Program-made: the position numbers and the translations under genes | Shown: in pieces, positions 1 through 11,611 of the stretch | Position numbering within the stretch: position 1 is the first letter of the stretch | How the letters are laid out: each line of letters opens with the position of its first letter | Notes under the pieces: model-generated | Seen by the model: the letters and a program-made list of their open reading frames with translations, nothing else | Database searches by the model: none | Told to the model about the DNA's origin: nothing | Assembly (NCBI RefSeq): GCF_035084215.1 | Contig: NC_090335.1 | Span: forward strand, 39,308,001 to 39,372,000 | DNA length: 64,000 nt | Origin: Heptranchias perlo | Lineage: Eukaryota | Direction of reading: 5' to 3'

Positions 1-1290
1 CTGCTACCTTCAGGGATCTGTGGACATGCACTCCAAGATCCCTTTGTTCCTCTTCACCTCTCAGTATCCTCTCATTTATTGTGTACTCCCTTGCCTTGTT
101 TGCCCTCCCCAAATGCATTACCTCATACTTCTCTGGATTGAATTCCATTTGCCACTTTTCTGCCCACCTGACCAGTCCATTGATATCTTCCTGCAGTCTA
201 CAGCTTTCCTCCTCACTATCAACCACACGACCAATTTTTGTATCATCTGCAAACTTCTTGATCAAGCTTCCCACATCCAAGTCCAAATCATTAATGTACA
301 CCACAAAAAGCAAGGGACCTAGTACTGAGCCTTGTGGAACCCCACTGGAAACAGCCTTCCAGTCACAAAAACACCCGTCAACCATTACTCTTTGTTTCCT
401 GCCACTGAGCCAATTTTAGATCCAACTTGCCACTTTCCCTTGAATCCCATGGGCTTTTACTTTTTTGACCAGTCTGCCAAGTGGGACCTTGTCAAAAGCC
501 TTGCTAAAATCCATGTACACTACATCAAATGCATTACCCTCATCGACCCTCCTTGTTACCTGCTCAAAAAATTCAATCAAATTAGGCAGGCACGACCTTC
601 CCTTAACAAATCCATGCTGACTGTCCTTGATTAACCCGTGCCTTTCTAAATGATGATTTATGCTGTCCCTCAGAATCGATTCCAATAATTTGCCCACCAC
701 TGCGATTAGACTGATTGGCCTATAATTACTCGGTCTATCTTTTTAAACAACAGTACAACGTTAGCAGTCCTCCAAACCTCCGGCACCACACTTGTATCCA
801 TGGAGGATTGGAAAATGATGGTCAGAAGCTTTGCTATTTCCTCCCTTGCTTCTCTTAACAGCCTGGGATACATTTCATCCGGGCCTGGCGATTTATCTAC
901 TTTCAAAGATGCTAAACCCTTTAATACTTCCTCTCTCACTATGTTTATCCCATCCGATATTTCACACTCCTCCTCCTCCTTAACTACAATCTCTGCATCG
1001 TCTCTCTTTTTTGTGAAGACAGATGCAAAGTATTCATTAAGAATCATACCCACATCTTCCTCCTCCACACATAGGTTACCTTTTTGGTCTCTAATAGGCC
1101 TTACTCTTTCCTTAGTTATCCTCTTGCTCTTTATGTATTTATAAAACATTTTTGGGTTTTCCTTAATTTTATTTGCCAGTATTTTTTCATGCCCTCTCTT
1201 TGCTTTCCTAATTTCCTTTTTAATTTTACCCCTGCACTTTCTATACTCCTCTAGGCTTTCTGCAGTATTGAACTCTCGGTGTCTGACATA
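1..1290 (-). mobile_element. CR1/HER1-type LINE ORF2 (RT region) fragment, disrupted
   Basis: Minus-strand ORFs with KSPGPDEMYPRLL, QHGFVKGRSCL, VYMDFSKAFDKV; frameshifts/deletions; runs off the window start. Confidence 0.93.
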
Positions 1291-4200
1291 GGTCTACAAC
1301 CTAAGGGTTGTAGGACTGGAGGAAGTTACAGAGACAGAGAGGGGTGAGGCCATAAAGGGATTTAAACAAGAAGATGAGAATTTTAAATTGGAGGTGCTGA
1401 GAAATGGAGAAAAAAGAAAATGGTAGCTGAAAGTAATGTGAGCAAATTATTCACATGATTTAATTGGTCTATTTTATGGTATATTCTGGTTTGCGATGGT
1501 AGCTTTGAAATGAAATTGATCATTTTGATTGCTTGGATTTCGACTGGATACTCATTTCTTACTGGTACTTTTTGCTACATTTAGTTTTGTTCACATTGGA
1601 TGGTTCACATTGGTAACTTAATGGATAAAAGGTTATTTGAGCCAATCACTATTTTTTGTCTTTGGATGTTTGCACTTTGGAGGTATGATACCTCTTAGGC
1701 TATACTTACAAGGATCTTGCCACTGAAAGATATGACACTAAGAATGTGCACTAAAAGCAAGGCTTTTAATTATTTAAGAATGTTGCAATATCATCTGACC
1801 TGAGGGAACCGAGTTGTCATGTAATTCAAATTATTGGAACTTGGACTTTTAAAGTATTTTCTCATTCAAACAGCCTAAGAACAATACCAAATTCCTGAAT
1901 TTTTAAAGTTTAAAAACAACTTGAACATAATCTCATTTTATTTACGAAGATTCCCAGAATGGGAAGAAATTCAGCGATAGTTAATAAGCCTAGCAATTCA
2001 GCAGCTGGTGCATAAATCTGTTACTCCAAATAATTTTGTGATTTTGAAATACATAATGAGATTAGCAACTACAACATCAGATAGCTGAATGTAATCTTTG
2101 AAATTTGCCACTAGATCTTGAAGCATATAGCAAACACCTGTTCTGGGGGCATGATGTGCAACACTCATACAGCTGCAGTCAAGTGGAAGACAAAGGAGGT
2201 GGCACCAGGATCATTGTGGGAAGCCATTCTTCTTTCCTGAAGCCTCCTTTGATATCTACATGCATTGACATTCTTAAGGTTTATGCACGCTTGACTGGCC
2301 AATGATTGTATGGATAATTAGCAATCTGCCAACTCAGACCAAGAACCATATGAACTCTGAAAGGAGGGGACTCAAGTGGTAATTATAGCTTATACATGAA
2401 ATGGCTGATGTTATAATTTTTTATGTGCAAAACTGGATTATAATTCAATCAGATACTTATGCATGAGCACAATTTATACACATTTTATTTGCTATAATAG
2501 GTTAAGTTAAAGGAACACTATCTCTGCAAAACATGTTTGAAAAACCTAATTTCTTTTTGTTTAGGAGGGAGAAGCCCAAGAAGAGCCATAATTCATTCCT
2601 ACCACAATGACATTCTGCACCCAAGGGTTTCAATATGAATTATGTCATTAAACCATGCGATTGAGAACAAAAGGTTTTTTTCATGAAGATGGTGCCTCTT
2701 TATGTGATTAGATCAATGACAAGCATACCATAAATTATATTAACATTGCACTGAGTAAATCATCATTTCTGTTCTAGTTGACCAGCATACCTAAGACACT
2801 GACAGGGACGATTTCAGAGGTAAGTAGTGACATTGTGATGTACTGTTCAGTCTTTGCTAATTCAGAGATGCTTAGGTTTTGGGAGCCAGTACAGTGCGGT
2901 CATGCTGCACATTGGTTATACAAGTAATGAGCCATAGGATGGTATAATGTGGTTTTACACCCGTGATTCCCCAGATGTTAGTTCTCAGGATGAGGCATTG
3001 TGAAGAGGCACAGAGTGGAAGCCAGACATTTTCCGAAAAGAAAGAGAAGGAAATTTGGTGGAGAGTCACAATGGCTGTTCTTGTGCACATCGCAGCAGCT
3101 AATCACTGAGAATTATTGGCAGAGGACTAGGATTGGACTACTAACTTCATTTCCTGGCTAGGTGTGGTAATGTGAGGACATCTAGAGGGGTTTTAACCGC
3201 GTATGTACAGTTTCATTTTTGTTACAAATACCATGAATCTTCATATTGTGAATTCCTGTTAATTGTCTGGGGAAGGGCTATGACTAACAACAGGAAGGCA
3301 GAAAAAAATCAGCAGGACAGTCACCCCAGGCTGCTGTTACACAGCTCCTAGCTGCTGGATACACAGTAACAAAAGAGGAAAGCCGGAATCCAATTATTAT
3401 TAAAAAAGGAGGGAATAGTACAATTGTTCATTCAAGGATTTACATGTGCCAGACACAGACACCCAAGTATCTGATGTTCATATATTTGTTAAAGCATATC
3501 ACAGTGTGAGCTCATTCTAGCATGGGGTGGATGATTTGTTGCTTTGGCAACAGGCCCTGCCAATTCCTCATCAATCAACAGGAGGCAAATTTCAATTGGG
3601 TTTACATGATATGGATGCCTGTGATCTCCTATGTGGGGTGCTGTTGTCAGTTTAATTAGTGCCAAGTACACTATGACTATCATGGACATCAACAGATTGT
3701 ACCAGTAGTGCATCAAGCCTCAATATCTATGTATCACTAGAAAAAATCATACAAATATTTAGTATTGATGAATTTACAAAAAATTTAGCAAATATTGCTG
3801 AAATTTGACTGACTAAATATTATATAATTTCTATAGCATTTTCTGTTTATTCATAATCTCAATGAAATGTCTTTATTTTTCATGCAAATACTGCCCATCT
3901 GTCAAGAGATAAATTCTTTCTAATCCACTGCACCATATTAAATTTCAATTAAAAGGAAAGGCAAATTTAGGAGAGATTACTTTTAATTAAACGTACTGCA
4001 CCATTTTATACCAAAAGTAGCTAGACTTAACAAAACCTGGTTCTACCTGGTGGGAAGGATAAGTTCAGATCTCTCTCCTTTCCAGACCACTTCATGAGGT
4101 CATTAAGTAGGAGTCTCCTAGAGAAGCTCTGTATAAAACAGCGAAGGATGTGACTTCAGACTGGGCGGAAAGCGAACCGGGAGACACGGGGCCGCATGAA

Positions 4201-4294
4201 ATAATGCTACCAGCTGGGAACTCTTCCTATATAGTGTTTTTCCATTATAAAATAGGAAAATACTTTGAACAAAAAGTCTCTCTCCAAGACTTAC

Positions 4295-4388
4295 CTTCCC
4301 CTTTAAATAATGAAGCTATTGCTATGAAGTGCCTGGTTGTAAGCATGTTTAGGGTCAATTCCACACCAAAGAGCAGTGAATTTCTCAT
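4295..4388 (-). CDS. Possible leader (signal-peptide-type) exon of a neighbouring minus-strand gene
   Basis: ATG at 4388 opens MRNSLLFGVELTLNMLTTRHFIAIASLFKGE, ending in a phase-1 GAAG|GTAAGT donor; only moderately hydrophobic and no partner exon found. Confidence 0.25.
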
Positions 4389-5009
4389 GAATAGTTTATC
4401 TTAGTTGCTATCCAAGAGGGATTTAGTGGTAACTGGGGCAGAAAGGTTTTCGGAACATTGGACTGGTGTGTATGTGCAATCTGTATTTCTTATACATATA
4501 TGACATATGTTTTGATGGCGAATGTATGGAGACTTATCATTAATATGTGCTTTAATCATTTCCTGTAAAAAAAGGAAATAATGTTATGAATGAACAGAGT
4601 CTACACTCTTGAAGCACATATTTGAATACATTCAGAACAAGCAATTCATTACACATTTCAAATTACATATTTATGAAATGCATTGGAGAAAAACTTTGAC
4701 AAGATTAAAAGTAGGCAACACTTATTTTTGTTAATCACAGTGCAGCAGGCCAACATTTAGCGACCGGTTGGTTTAAATTTAAATTTTTCAGATTATGCAA
4801 GAACAAGAACGAGTAATCCAAACAATCAAACTCTTTACCTAATAAAATTCTTCCTGCAAATTTCTCTGTTTCTTCCGTGTCCTGCTCCCACCCTGTCCAA
4901 CAGTCCCCCCACACAATTATGTAAATGTCACAGGGGGAGAAACAAACAGGAGAAATAAATAAAACAAAATAATACCAAAAATAAAGATGGGATGGTAATA
5001 CGAAAGAAA

Positions 5010-5270
5010 TATGTGGGGATAAGGAGACAGGTTGCTGGTTTTCCCATGGTCCAGGGTGCAATCGATGGCATCCACATTGTTTTGCGAGCTCTTACAGAAA
5101 ACCCCTCAACTACATCAAGTAGGAAGGGCTTCCACTCCCTGAACATCCAGATAGTGTGTGACAACATGCAGAGGATCTTACATGTGAATGTGAGATATGC
5201 TGGAAGTTGTCACATTGCTTTCATCCTTCAAAATTCAGCCCTTCCTGATCTTTTCAGGGAAGAAAATCAT
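5010..5270 (+). pseudogene. Old Harbinger transposase remnant, 5' half (target of the nested insertion)
   Basis: VAGFPMVQGAIDGIHIVL...RKGFHSLNIQIVCD...RYAGSCHIAFILQNS, cut at 5270 by the young element. Confidence 0.9.
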
Positions 5271-5528
5271 GGGCTCGAATTTAGCAGGCCTGCGGGTTCC
5301 CAGCGGGTGGTCCTCCGGGAGCGTCGAAAACGCGGACGGGTAATTGTTCGCGTCCCCCACGCGATCGCGGGATAATTGGACCCATTAAGGCCTGCTTCCG
5401 GGTTCTGCGCTCCCCAGCTGCGTGCCGGCCGGCTGCGCATGCGCAGTACCGTCGACGCGATGTAGGAGCTCCAGTTAAAGGGGCAGTCTCCCAAAGCCCC
5501 TCCTGCTGCAAGCAAGAGGTCTGGGAGA

Positions 5529-7368
5529 ATGGCTCAACCAAGGGGAAAGGCTGCGCCCCGTTTTTCAGATCTGGCACTGCAGCTGATGCTGGAGGGCGTG
5601 AGGAGGAGGAGGGAAACACTCTTCCCTGAGGATGGGCGCAAGTTCCCTGCCGCCGCAACCAGGAAGGCATGGGCAGAGGTGGCGGCGGAGGTGAGCAGCA
5701 GGGGCAACACCCCAAGGACTTGGGAGCAGTGCCGCAAGCGCTTCAATGACCTGACTAGGTCTGGCAAGGTGAGTACACCAACGCACCCTCCCACATCCCG
5801 TCCCCACCATCACGCCAAGCAGATCACAACCCCCTCCTGCACAGCCACCACTGCGCTCCATCAGCAATCCTCACAGCCACTCATTCACCATCCTCGCCGT
5901 GCACGCAAGTACCCACCGTCCCTGACCCCACCCGAACACTACCACACACCCCAATCCCCATGCAATGGGATGGGCACGTGGCCCACACTTCCTCCCATCC
6001 GTTCCGCGCCACGCTCAACCCAACCACACCGATGCTCGATGCGTCTAACGATGCAAGACGCACCCACTCACACATCTGTGTTTTGCCTTCACAGGAGAAG
6101 AGGAGCAAGAACAACCGCGAAAGGGCACGCACCGGAGGTGGGCCGCCGCAAGTGGTGGAGCTCACCGACGCAGAGGTGGAGGCGCTCGACCTCGCCCGCA
6201 CGCGACATTGCCTGTCGGTGGCCGATGGCGAGTGTGTCGCTGCCGAAATGGGCGGTAAGGGAAAGCTGACACTCAACACCCATGATCGCGAGTGACCGTA
6301 TCATCACCTGCCATCAGGCGCACTGTCAAGTTGGTCCACATGCCTCAAAGTGCCCTCTGTTCTCTTGCAGGTGCGTCTTTGGATCAAGCGAGCATGGAGG
6401 GCGATTCCTCAGAGGACATGGCGGTCTCTGAGGGTGCATCGTCACATCAGAGCCAACCATCCACCAGCGCAGAGACACGCACCTCGGTGGGTCCCCCTCG
6501 CCAACTAGTTGGGGTAGCACTTGGTGAGTCACTGCGCACGAGTGAGCATGAGCAGACCCTGGTGGCAGGGGCAGCCGCGGAGGGTCCGCGACGGAGGGAG
6601 CACTCATCTCCAGGCTCTGCTCAGCCGGACCCAGATGCTGAACCCAGGGGGCCACCAGAGAAAAGGAGAGTCGTCGAGGGCCACCAGCTAATTGCTGAGG
6701 TGCTGGCAGAGGTGCCGCGCGCATTGTCCACAATAGCGCAGGCGATGGAGGAGTCCACCTCCTGCATGTGGGCATTGGTGGCGCAGGCACAGGAGGGTAC
6801 CGACGACACAGTGTCGCAGGTAGGTGCGGGACTGTCTGCGGTGGAGGACAGGCTGGCCTCCCTCGAGCGTCACGCACAGCTCCACTTCGAGTCCTTGCAG
6901 GCCCTCACAACGTCTGTACGGATTCAGGGTGAGCAACATTCCGACGCCACCAACAGGCTGAGGGATACACTAGGGGTGGCCTTGCAAGGCCTCACACATG
7001 CCATCCAAACTGCCGTCCAGCAGGGTGGAAGGGGTGATGTGGGCCGAGGCCAAGAGAGGGATGATGGTGACCGGGGACATGGAAGCGGGGACGCCTCTCA
7101 AGGCGTCCCCACGTCCCACCCGTCGCCCACCTCTCAACCAGCACCCGCAATGGTGCCTCCTCTCCAGGTGGCCGAGTCTGCCCCTGCCCCGGTGCAGGAG
7201 GAGCAGTCTGTGGAGGTGCCCTCACGGGCACCGAAACCCAGGGGCCGTCCGCCAAAAGCATCTACCCGGTCAAGGCAAGAAGACGAGCAACCTGCCACTA
7301 CCTCTGCTGGAGCCACAGGGGTAGCACCACGTAGGGGTTCCCGGAGAAGAATTCCAAAGGCCTTATAA
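5529..7368 (+). CDS. Harbinger Myb/SANT-like DNA-binding partner protein, 3 exons (5529-5768, 6095-6254, 6371-7368), ~465 aa
   Basis: APRFSDLALQLMLE...KAWAEVAAEV...RTWEQCRKRFNDL Myb/SANT-like domain; donors AAG|GTGAGT and GCG|GTAAGG, acceptors TTCACAG and CTTGCAG; 240+160+998 nt splice in frame; RTGGG motif in exon 2; KPRGRPPK near the C-terminus. Confidence 0.9.
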
Positions 7369-7665
7369 TCACAAAGGGAATACACCAGGGTGTTTATTAT
7401 TTTGTACTTTGTTTCTTAAATGATGTCACATTCCACATATTAAATAGTCTATTCTCACCACTCCTGCCACCTCTCGTCCATTCTTCCGCGGCTTGTGCAG
7501 TAGTTGCGTTCCGTGGAGGCCATCATGACGGCGAACACCTGCTGCCACCCATTGGGCACACTGCTGTGGGTGCAGGATTACTGGCAGCACTCTTCAGTGG
7601 AGGGGGCTGGTATGGCCGCTCGCATGTGCAGGTGAGGAGATGCGAGCGCCTCGCAGTGTCTGACT

Positions 7666-8919
7666 CTAGGAGAACCGTTGACGTATGAGTGCGTCCCTGG
7701 CCCGGCGACCATCCCGGTGAGTCGCGGCTCGGCGCATGGGTCGTCCAACATCCTCGGGCGCGTCCTCCTCCTCCTCCTCCGCCTCCTCCTCCTCCTCCTC
7801 CTCCTCCTCCTCGCCCTCGCCTTCCTCAATGTGGGTGGCGGGTGTGGATGGGGCCTCCTCCAGCGGCACCCCTCTCTGTTGGGCCATGTTGTGCAGGGCA
7901 CAGCAGACAACTATGATTCGTCCCACTCTGAATGGTGTGTATTGGAGCGCTCCCCCAGAACGATCAAGGCACCTGAAGCGCATCTTGAGAAGCCCTATGG
8001 TCTGCTCAATTGTAGACCTGGTAGCAGTGTGGCTGTCATTGTACCGACGCTCCGGCTCGGTGATGGGGTTCCTCAGAGGTGTCATGAGCCACGTGTGGAG
8101 GGGATACCCCTTGTCGCCGAGGAGCCAGCCGTTGCCGGCGTTGGGTGCCTGCAGGATGGGCGGGACGGCGGACTCCCTGAGGACGAAGGCATCGTGGCAG
8201 CTGCCGGGGTATCTGGCGCACACGTGTAGGAATCTCTGGCGGTGGTCACAGATGAGCTGGGCGTTCATGGAGTGATACCCCTTCCTGTTGATGAACAGCC
8301 CTGGCTCATGCGGAGGTGCCCGTATTGCGATGTGGGTGCAGTCGATTACACCCTGCACCCGTGGGAAGCCGGCCATGGCATGGAATCCAACCGCCCTCTC
8401 CATCTGGCTGCGCTCGTCCATGGCGAAGTTGATGTAGTGGGAGGCCCTGCGGAACAACCCATCGGTGACCTGCCTTATGCACTTGTGTGCAGAGGACTGA
8501 CAGACCCCGGTGATGTCCCCGGTGGCACCCTGGAAGGAACCGGATGCGAAGAAGTTGAGGGCAGTGGTGACTTTGACGGCGACAGGTAAGAAGATGCTGC
8601 TTGGTCCATCAGGGAGCAGCTCGTCGTTAAGGAGGCTGCAGATGTCGGCGACTACCTGGCGATTGACTCTGAGCCTCCGTATGCACTGCTCCTCGGAGAG
8701 GTCCATGAAGCTGAGCCTCGCTCTGTACACCCTGTGCGGAGGGTGGTGCCTCCTGCGACGCATCTCTCTCTGCGGTTGCCCGCCCTCCTGCTGTGCAGGT
8801 GGGTGTGCCGCAGCACCGTGTTGGGGGGCCCCACCTCTCCGAGGCGGACGGCGTGGACTGTGAGGCTGCTGGGGCTGGTCATCCTGTTCGTCCTCCGACG
8901 ATGTCAACGCACCACCCAT
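7666..8919 (-). CDS. Harbinger (HARBI1-family) DDE transposase, ~417 aa from the ATG at 8919
   Basis: Uninterrupted ORF with LPVAVKVTTALNFFASGSFQ, VQGVIDCTH (D), LLGDKGY (D), TIEQTIGLLKMRF (E), CCALHN; acidic poly-Glu tail. The frame is open further upstream, so the start is inferred. Confidence 0.95.
   Translation of the reverse strand: MGGALTSSEDEQDDQPQQPHSPRRPPRRGGAPQHGAAAHPPAQQEGGQPQREMRRRRHHPPHRVYRARLSFMDLSEEQCIRRLRVNRQVVADICSLLNDELLPDGPSSIFLPVAVKVTTALNFFASGSFQGATGDITGVCQSSAHKCIRQVTDGLFRRASHYINFAMDERSQMERAVGFHAMAGFPRVQGVIDCTHIAIRAPPHEPGLFINRKGYHSMNAQLICDHRQRFLHVCARYPGSCHDAFVLRESAVPPILQAPNAGNGWLLGDKGYPLHTWLMTPLRNPITEPERRYNDSHTATRSTIEQTIGLLKMRFRCLDRSGGALQYTPFRVGRIIVVCCALHNMAQQRGVPLEEAPSTPATHIEEGEGEEEEEEEEEEAEEEEEDAPEDVGRPMRRAATHRDGRRARDALIRQRFS
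7764..7812. repeat. (CCT)n microsatellite encoding the transposase poly-Glu tract
   Basis: Directly visible CCT run. Confidence 0.9.
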
Positions 8920-9452
8920 CTGGCAGGTGTTGGTGTGAGGGGTTGTGCAGGGTAGGTGGGTGGGTCCTCGGACTGGGGCTGCGGTTTCGTGTCGGTCTGT
9001 CCTCTGGCTTGGCGGGGGTTGGTGGAGGGCAGGGGTTGCCCTATGTGACGCGGTGGCCTCCTGCGTGGGTGAGGGCGCTCCCCCGTGGAGCGCACCTTGG
9101 CACCTGGCACAGGCTGCTGGCTGCAACACGCCTGGTTTGAAGGGTCCTGTTTCCCCCAGTGTGGGAAACTGACTGCTTTGACCGTAAAATCCCACACTTC
9201 CTCTTTTGACAGCTGCTTCAGCTCATTAACTGACCACAACGAGCAAGTTAAGTACTCTCAAGTGGAACCCCGCTGGCTTTAATTGCCTGCGGGATTCCCA
9301 CCAGCGGGGCTTGCGCGCGCAGCCCCGCACGTCAGCGCGGTACCCGGAAGTGGCCGGGATTTCGTCCGATTCCGGTCACGTGATCGGAGATCGGGATTTT
9401 CGGGGCCCCCCCGCTGGAAACCCGCAGGTAACCCGACCCTAAAATCGAGCCC

Positions 9453-9850
9453 CATGTCACTAGATGGCTCTGGTTGATAAAACCTATCACTGCTCCTATG
9501 GATTATGACTCTCCTAAGAGTTGCCTGAAAAGCAGCAGAGGAGTGCTACAATGAAGTACATGTCTCTATAAGATTGGGCATCAAGAGGTCTTAAGGGGAC
9601 TTAAAGGACACTTTCGCTGCTTAGACTGGTAGGGAAGGGCTCCAGCTCGGGTGTCACACATAGTTAGAGCCTGCTGTACTCTGTTCAACTTTGCCAATCA
9701 AATAGACATTGCTCAAGAGTCAACCTAGCTTATTTGGAGGCAGAACTACAAGGAGGAGAACATCATGATGACCTGCGCTCAGAGGATTCCTCAGTCGCTA
9801 ATACACGGGGCATCAGAGCACAACTGATCACTGAAGTCTTCACTTCTGTG
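9453..9850 (+). pseudogene. Old Harbinger transposase remnant, 3' half
   Basis: Continues the 5010-5270 piece with frameshifted W-L..DK..Y, WIMT, EECYNEVH and LKGHFRCLD motifs. Confidence 0.8.
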
Positions 9851-10513
9851 TAACATAGTCCAACTTTGACAACAGCGCCCTACCTCCTTCTCACCCAGCT
9901 TTAAATAAAGAACATTCCTTCAATCCAGTACTCATCCTAGCATATGACAAAGCATCAGCCCTCATTGCCCCCACATGACCATGCCAATAATTATCGCCTG
10001 GTTGAATAAGTCAGCATGAAATAAATGTGCCCTTTTCTGTATGACTCTAACCTCCATGAATCACAAAGCACAACTTAAATGCACATTCTGTTTTATTAGA
10101 ACAAAATCCAAAGCGAACACAGGCCAATCTACTAAATATGCTAAAAGTGCCTTTCTTTCACCTATTTACTGCTTCTCCTTGGTGCAACATGAGGGCCAGT
10201 ATTGTGAGAGGTGGTTGGTTGTGAGACAGCATCGTGCATCCTTACCACCATGGCCCTGAAGCCGGTACGCACGATGCTGTCTGTTCACTCCGCTATTGCT
10301 ATCAGAGCTGCAGTCTATGCTTCTGTGGTGGTGGCAGCACTGATTCCTGGCTTCTTCTTAGGTGAGGATCTGCTGTAGATTCAAATTAAGCATCCATATG
10401 CTCCATTGATGTCTGCAACAAAGAAAAAGTTTTCCTGGTGTTGCTGCAGATGAGAGTTGTAGACTCAAGAGTCTTACTTGAAAGTTGTCACACATCCTCG
10501 GAGACAGAGGCAT

Positions 10514-11330
10514 GGGAGTAAATTTTAATGGGAAGCCAGGAAGAGAACGGGAGTGGGGGGATTTCCTGATGGGAAACCCGGAAGTATGGGTTTCCCCGGA
10601 CGTCCTTATGACTTTGACGTAAGGATGAATTTCATTTTTTTTCTGTAGGTTTCCCAGCCTACAGGCTGGCGGTCAATGGAACGGGAGAGCAGCCAGGGAA
10701 TGATTGCCAGCAGGTAAGTCTTAGAACAGGGAAGGGGGCGTCAATCATCGCGGGGGTAGGGAGGGTTCAGTCAACAGGGGGGTCATGGGTGGGGGTGGGG
10801 GTGGTTATCAAAGGCTCAGTCATTGGAGGGGGTCAGACATTGGGGGCTCAGTCATGGGGGGGTCGGACATCGAGGGGGGTCTCGGGGGTGTCGGAGATCG
10901 TGGGGGAGCAGGAGATCGTAGGGTGGGTCAGAGGTCGTGGGGGGATACCGTTGAGGGGGTCACAGCAGGTAAGCTTGTTGGGCCTGGAGGAAACACTCCT
11001 GTTCCTCCTGGTCCACAAGCAGTCCAATAAAGGCACTTACCTGTTGACCTGGGCCTTCTCACCTCCTCTGATATGGTGTGAAGCAGAAGGCTCGGGAATC
11101 CATGCCACCAAGAGTTAAAAAATAAAAAATCTATTAAAATGGAGGCCCGCAGCCTCCTTAAAAGATTTTACTGACTGACCCGCCTCCTGAGAGCGGGTTG
11201 GTCGCCCGCCCCTCGTCCTGCCTCTGTTAAAACCGGAAGTGGGCAGATTGGGGTTGGATTTTACTTTTAAAAAATGTTTACCTTCCCACCCGCCCCCAAC
11301 CCACCCATTCATGGGGTTAAAATTTACCCC
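10514..11330. mobile_element. Non-autonomous Harbinger-like/MITE element
   Basis: Termini GGGAGTAAATTTTAA ... TTAAAATTTACCCC; G-run-rich interior; no coding capacity. Confidence 0.6.
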
Positions 11331-11611
11331 AGGCAGTCTGGTTAGCGTGACCCCCATGCTGCTGCTGCAATCTTCAGCCAGGACAGGCTGTTTAAAAAGT
11401 GTACTCTAATTTCCACGCTTCCATTTTACATGGGATTTACACTAATCACCACTCCAAGAGATACGTTAATGAACTGAACCAGGAAATTCTAGTCCAAAGG
11501 TGGCAGCAACTCATTGTCCATTGGCGTAAAAGTGGTGCAACTCATCGTGCGGACATTCTAGGCCCAGATACATAGTTATTTAAAACATCACCAAAAACTA
11601 GCAGCGGGAAC

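Larger units (their letters stand above)
5271..9452. mobile_element. Full-length autonomous PIF/Harbinger DNA transposon (4182 bp)
   Basis: TIRs GGGCTCGAATTTAG (5271-5284) and CTAAAATCGAGCCC (9439-9452) match 13/14; 3-bp TSD CAT (5268-5270, 9453-9455); two convergent intact genes; GC/CpG-rich relative to flanks. Confidence 0.95.

Noticed and set aside
2565-2819. Plus-strand exon-like segment (TTTAG...GAG|GTAAGT)
   Set aside because: Early stop codons and no recognisable product or partner exons.
5529-6269. 246-aa unspliced ORF as the real protein
   Set aside because: It reads through a canonical intron; the conserved EK...RTGGG motif appears only after splicing.
7666-9195. Calling the 509-aa ORF the domesticated host gene HARBI1
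   Set aside because: It is flanked by TIRs, a TSD and a partner gene, so it is a transposon. The 92 codons upstream of 8919 start at a non-ATG codon and are not recognisably conserved in the 63.7-kb copy.
5281-9477. Many overlapping or antisense ORFs in the Harbinger
   Set aside because: Expected from high GC content and shadowing of the real genes; no recognisable motifs.
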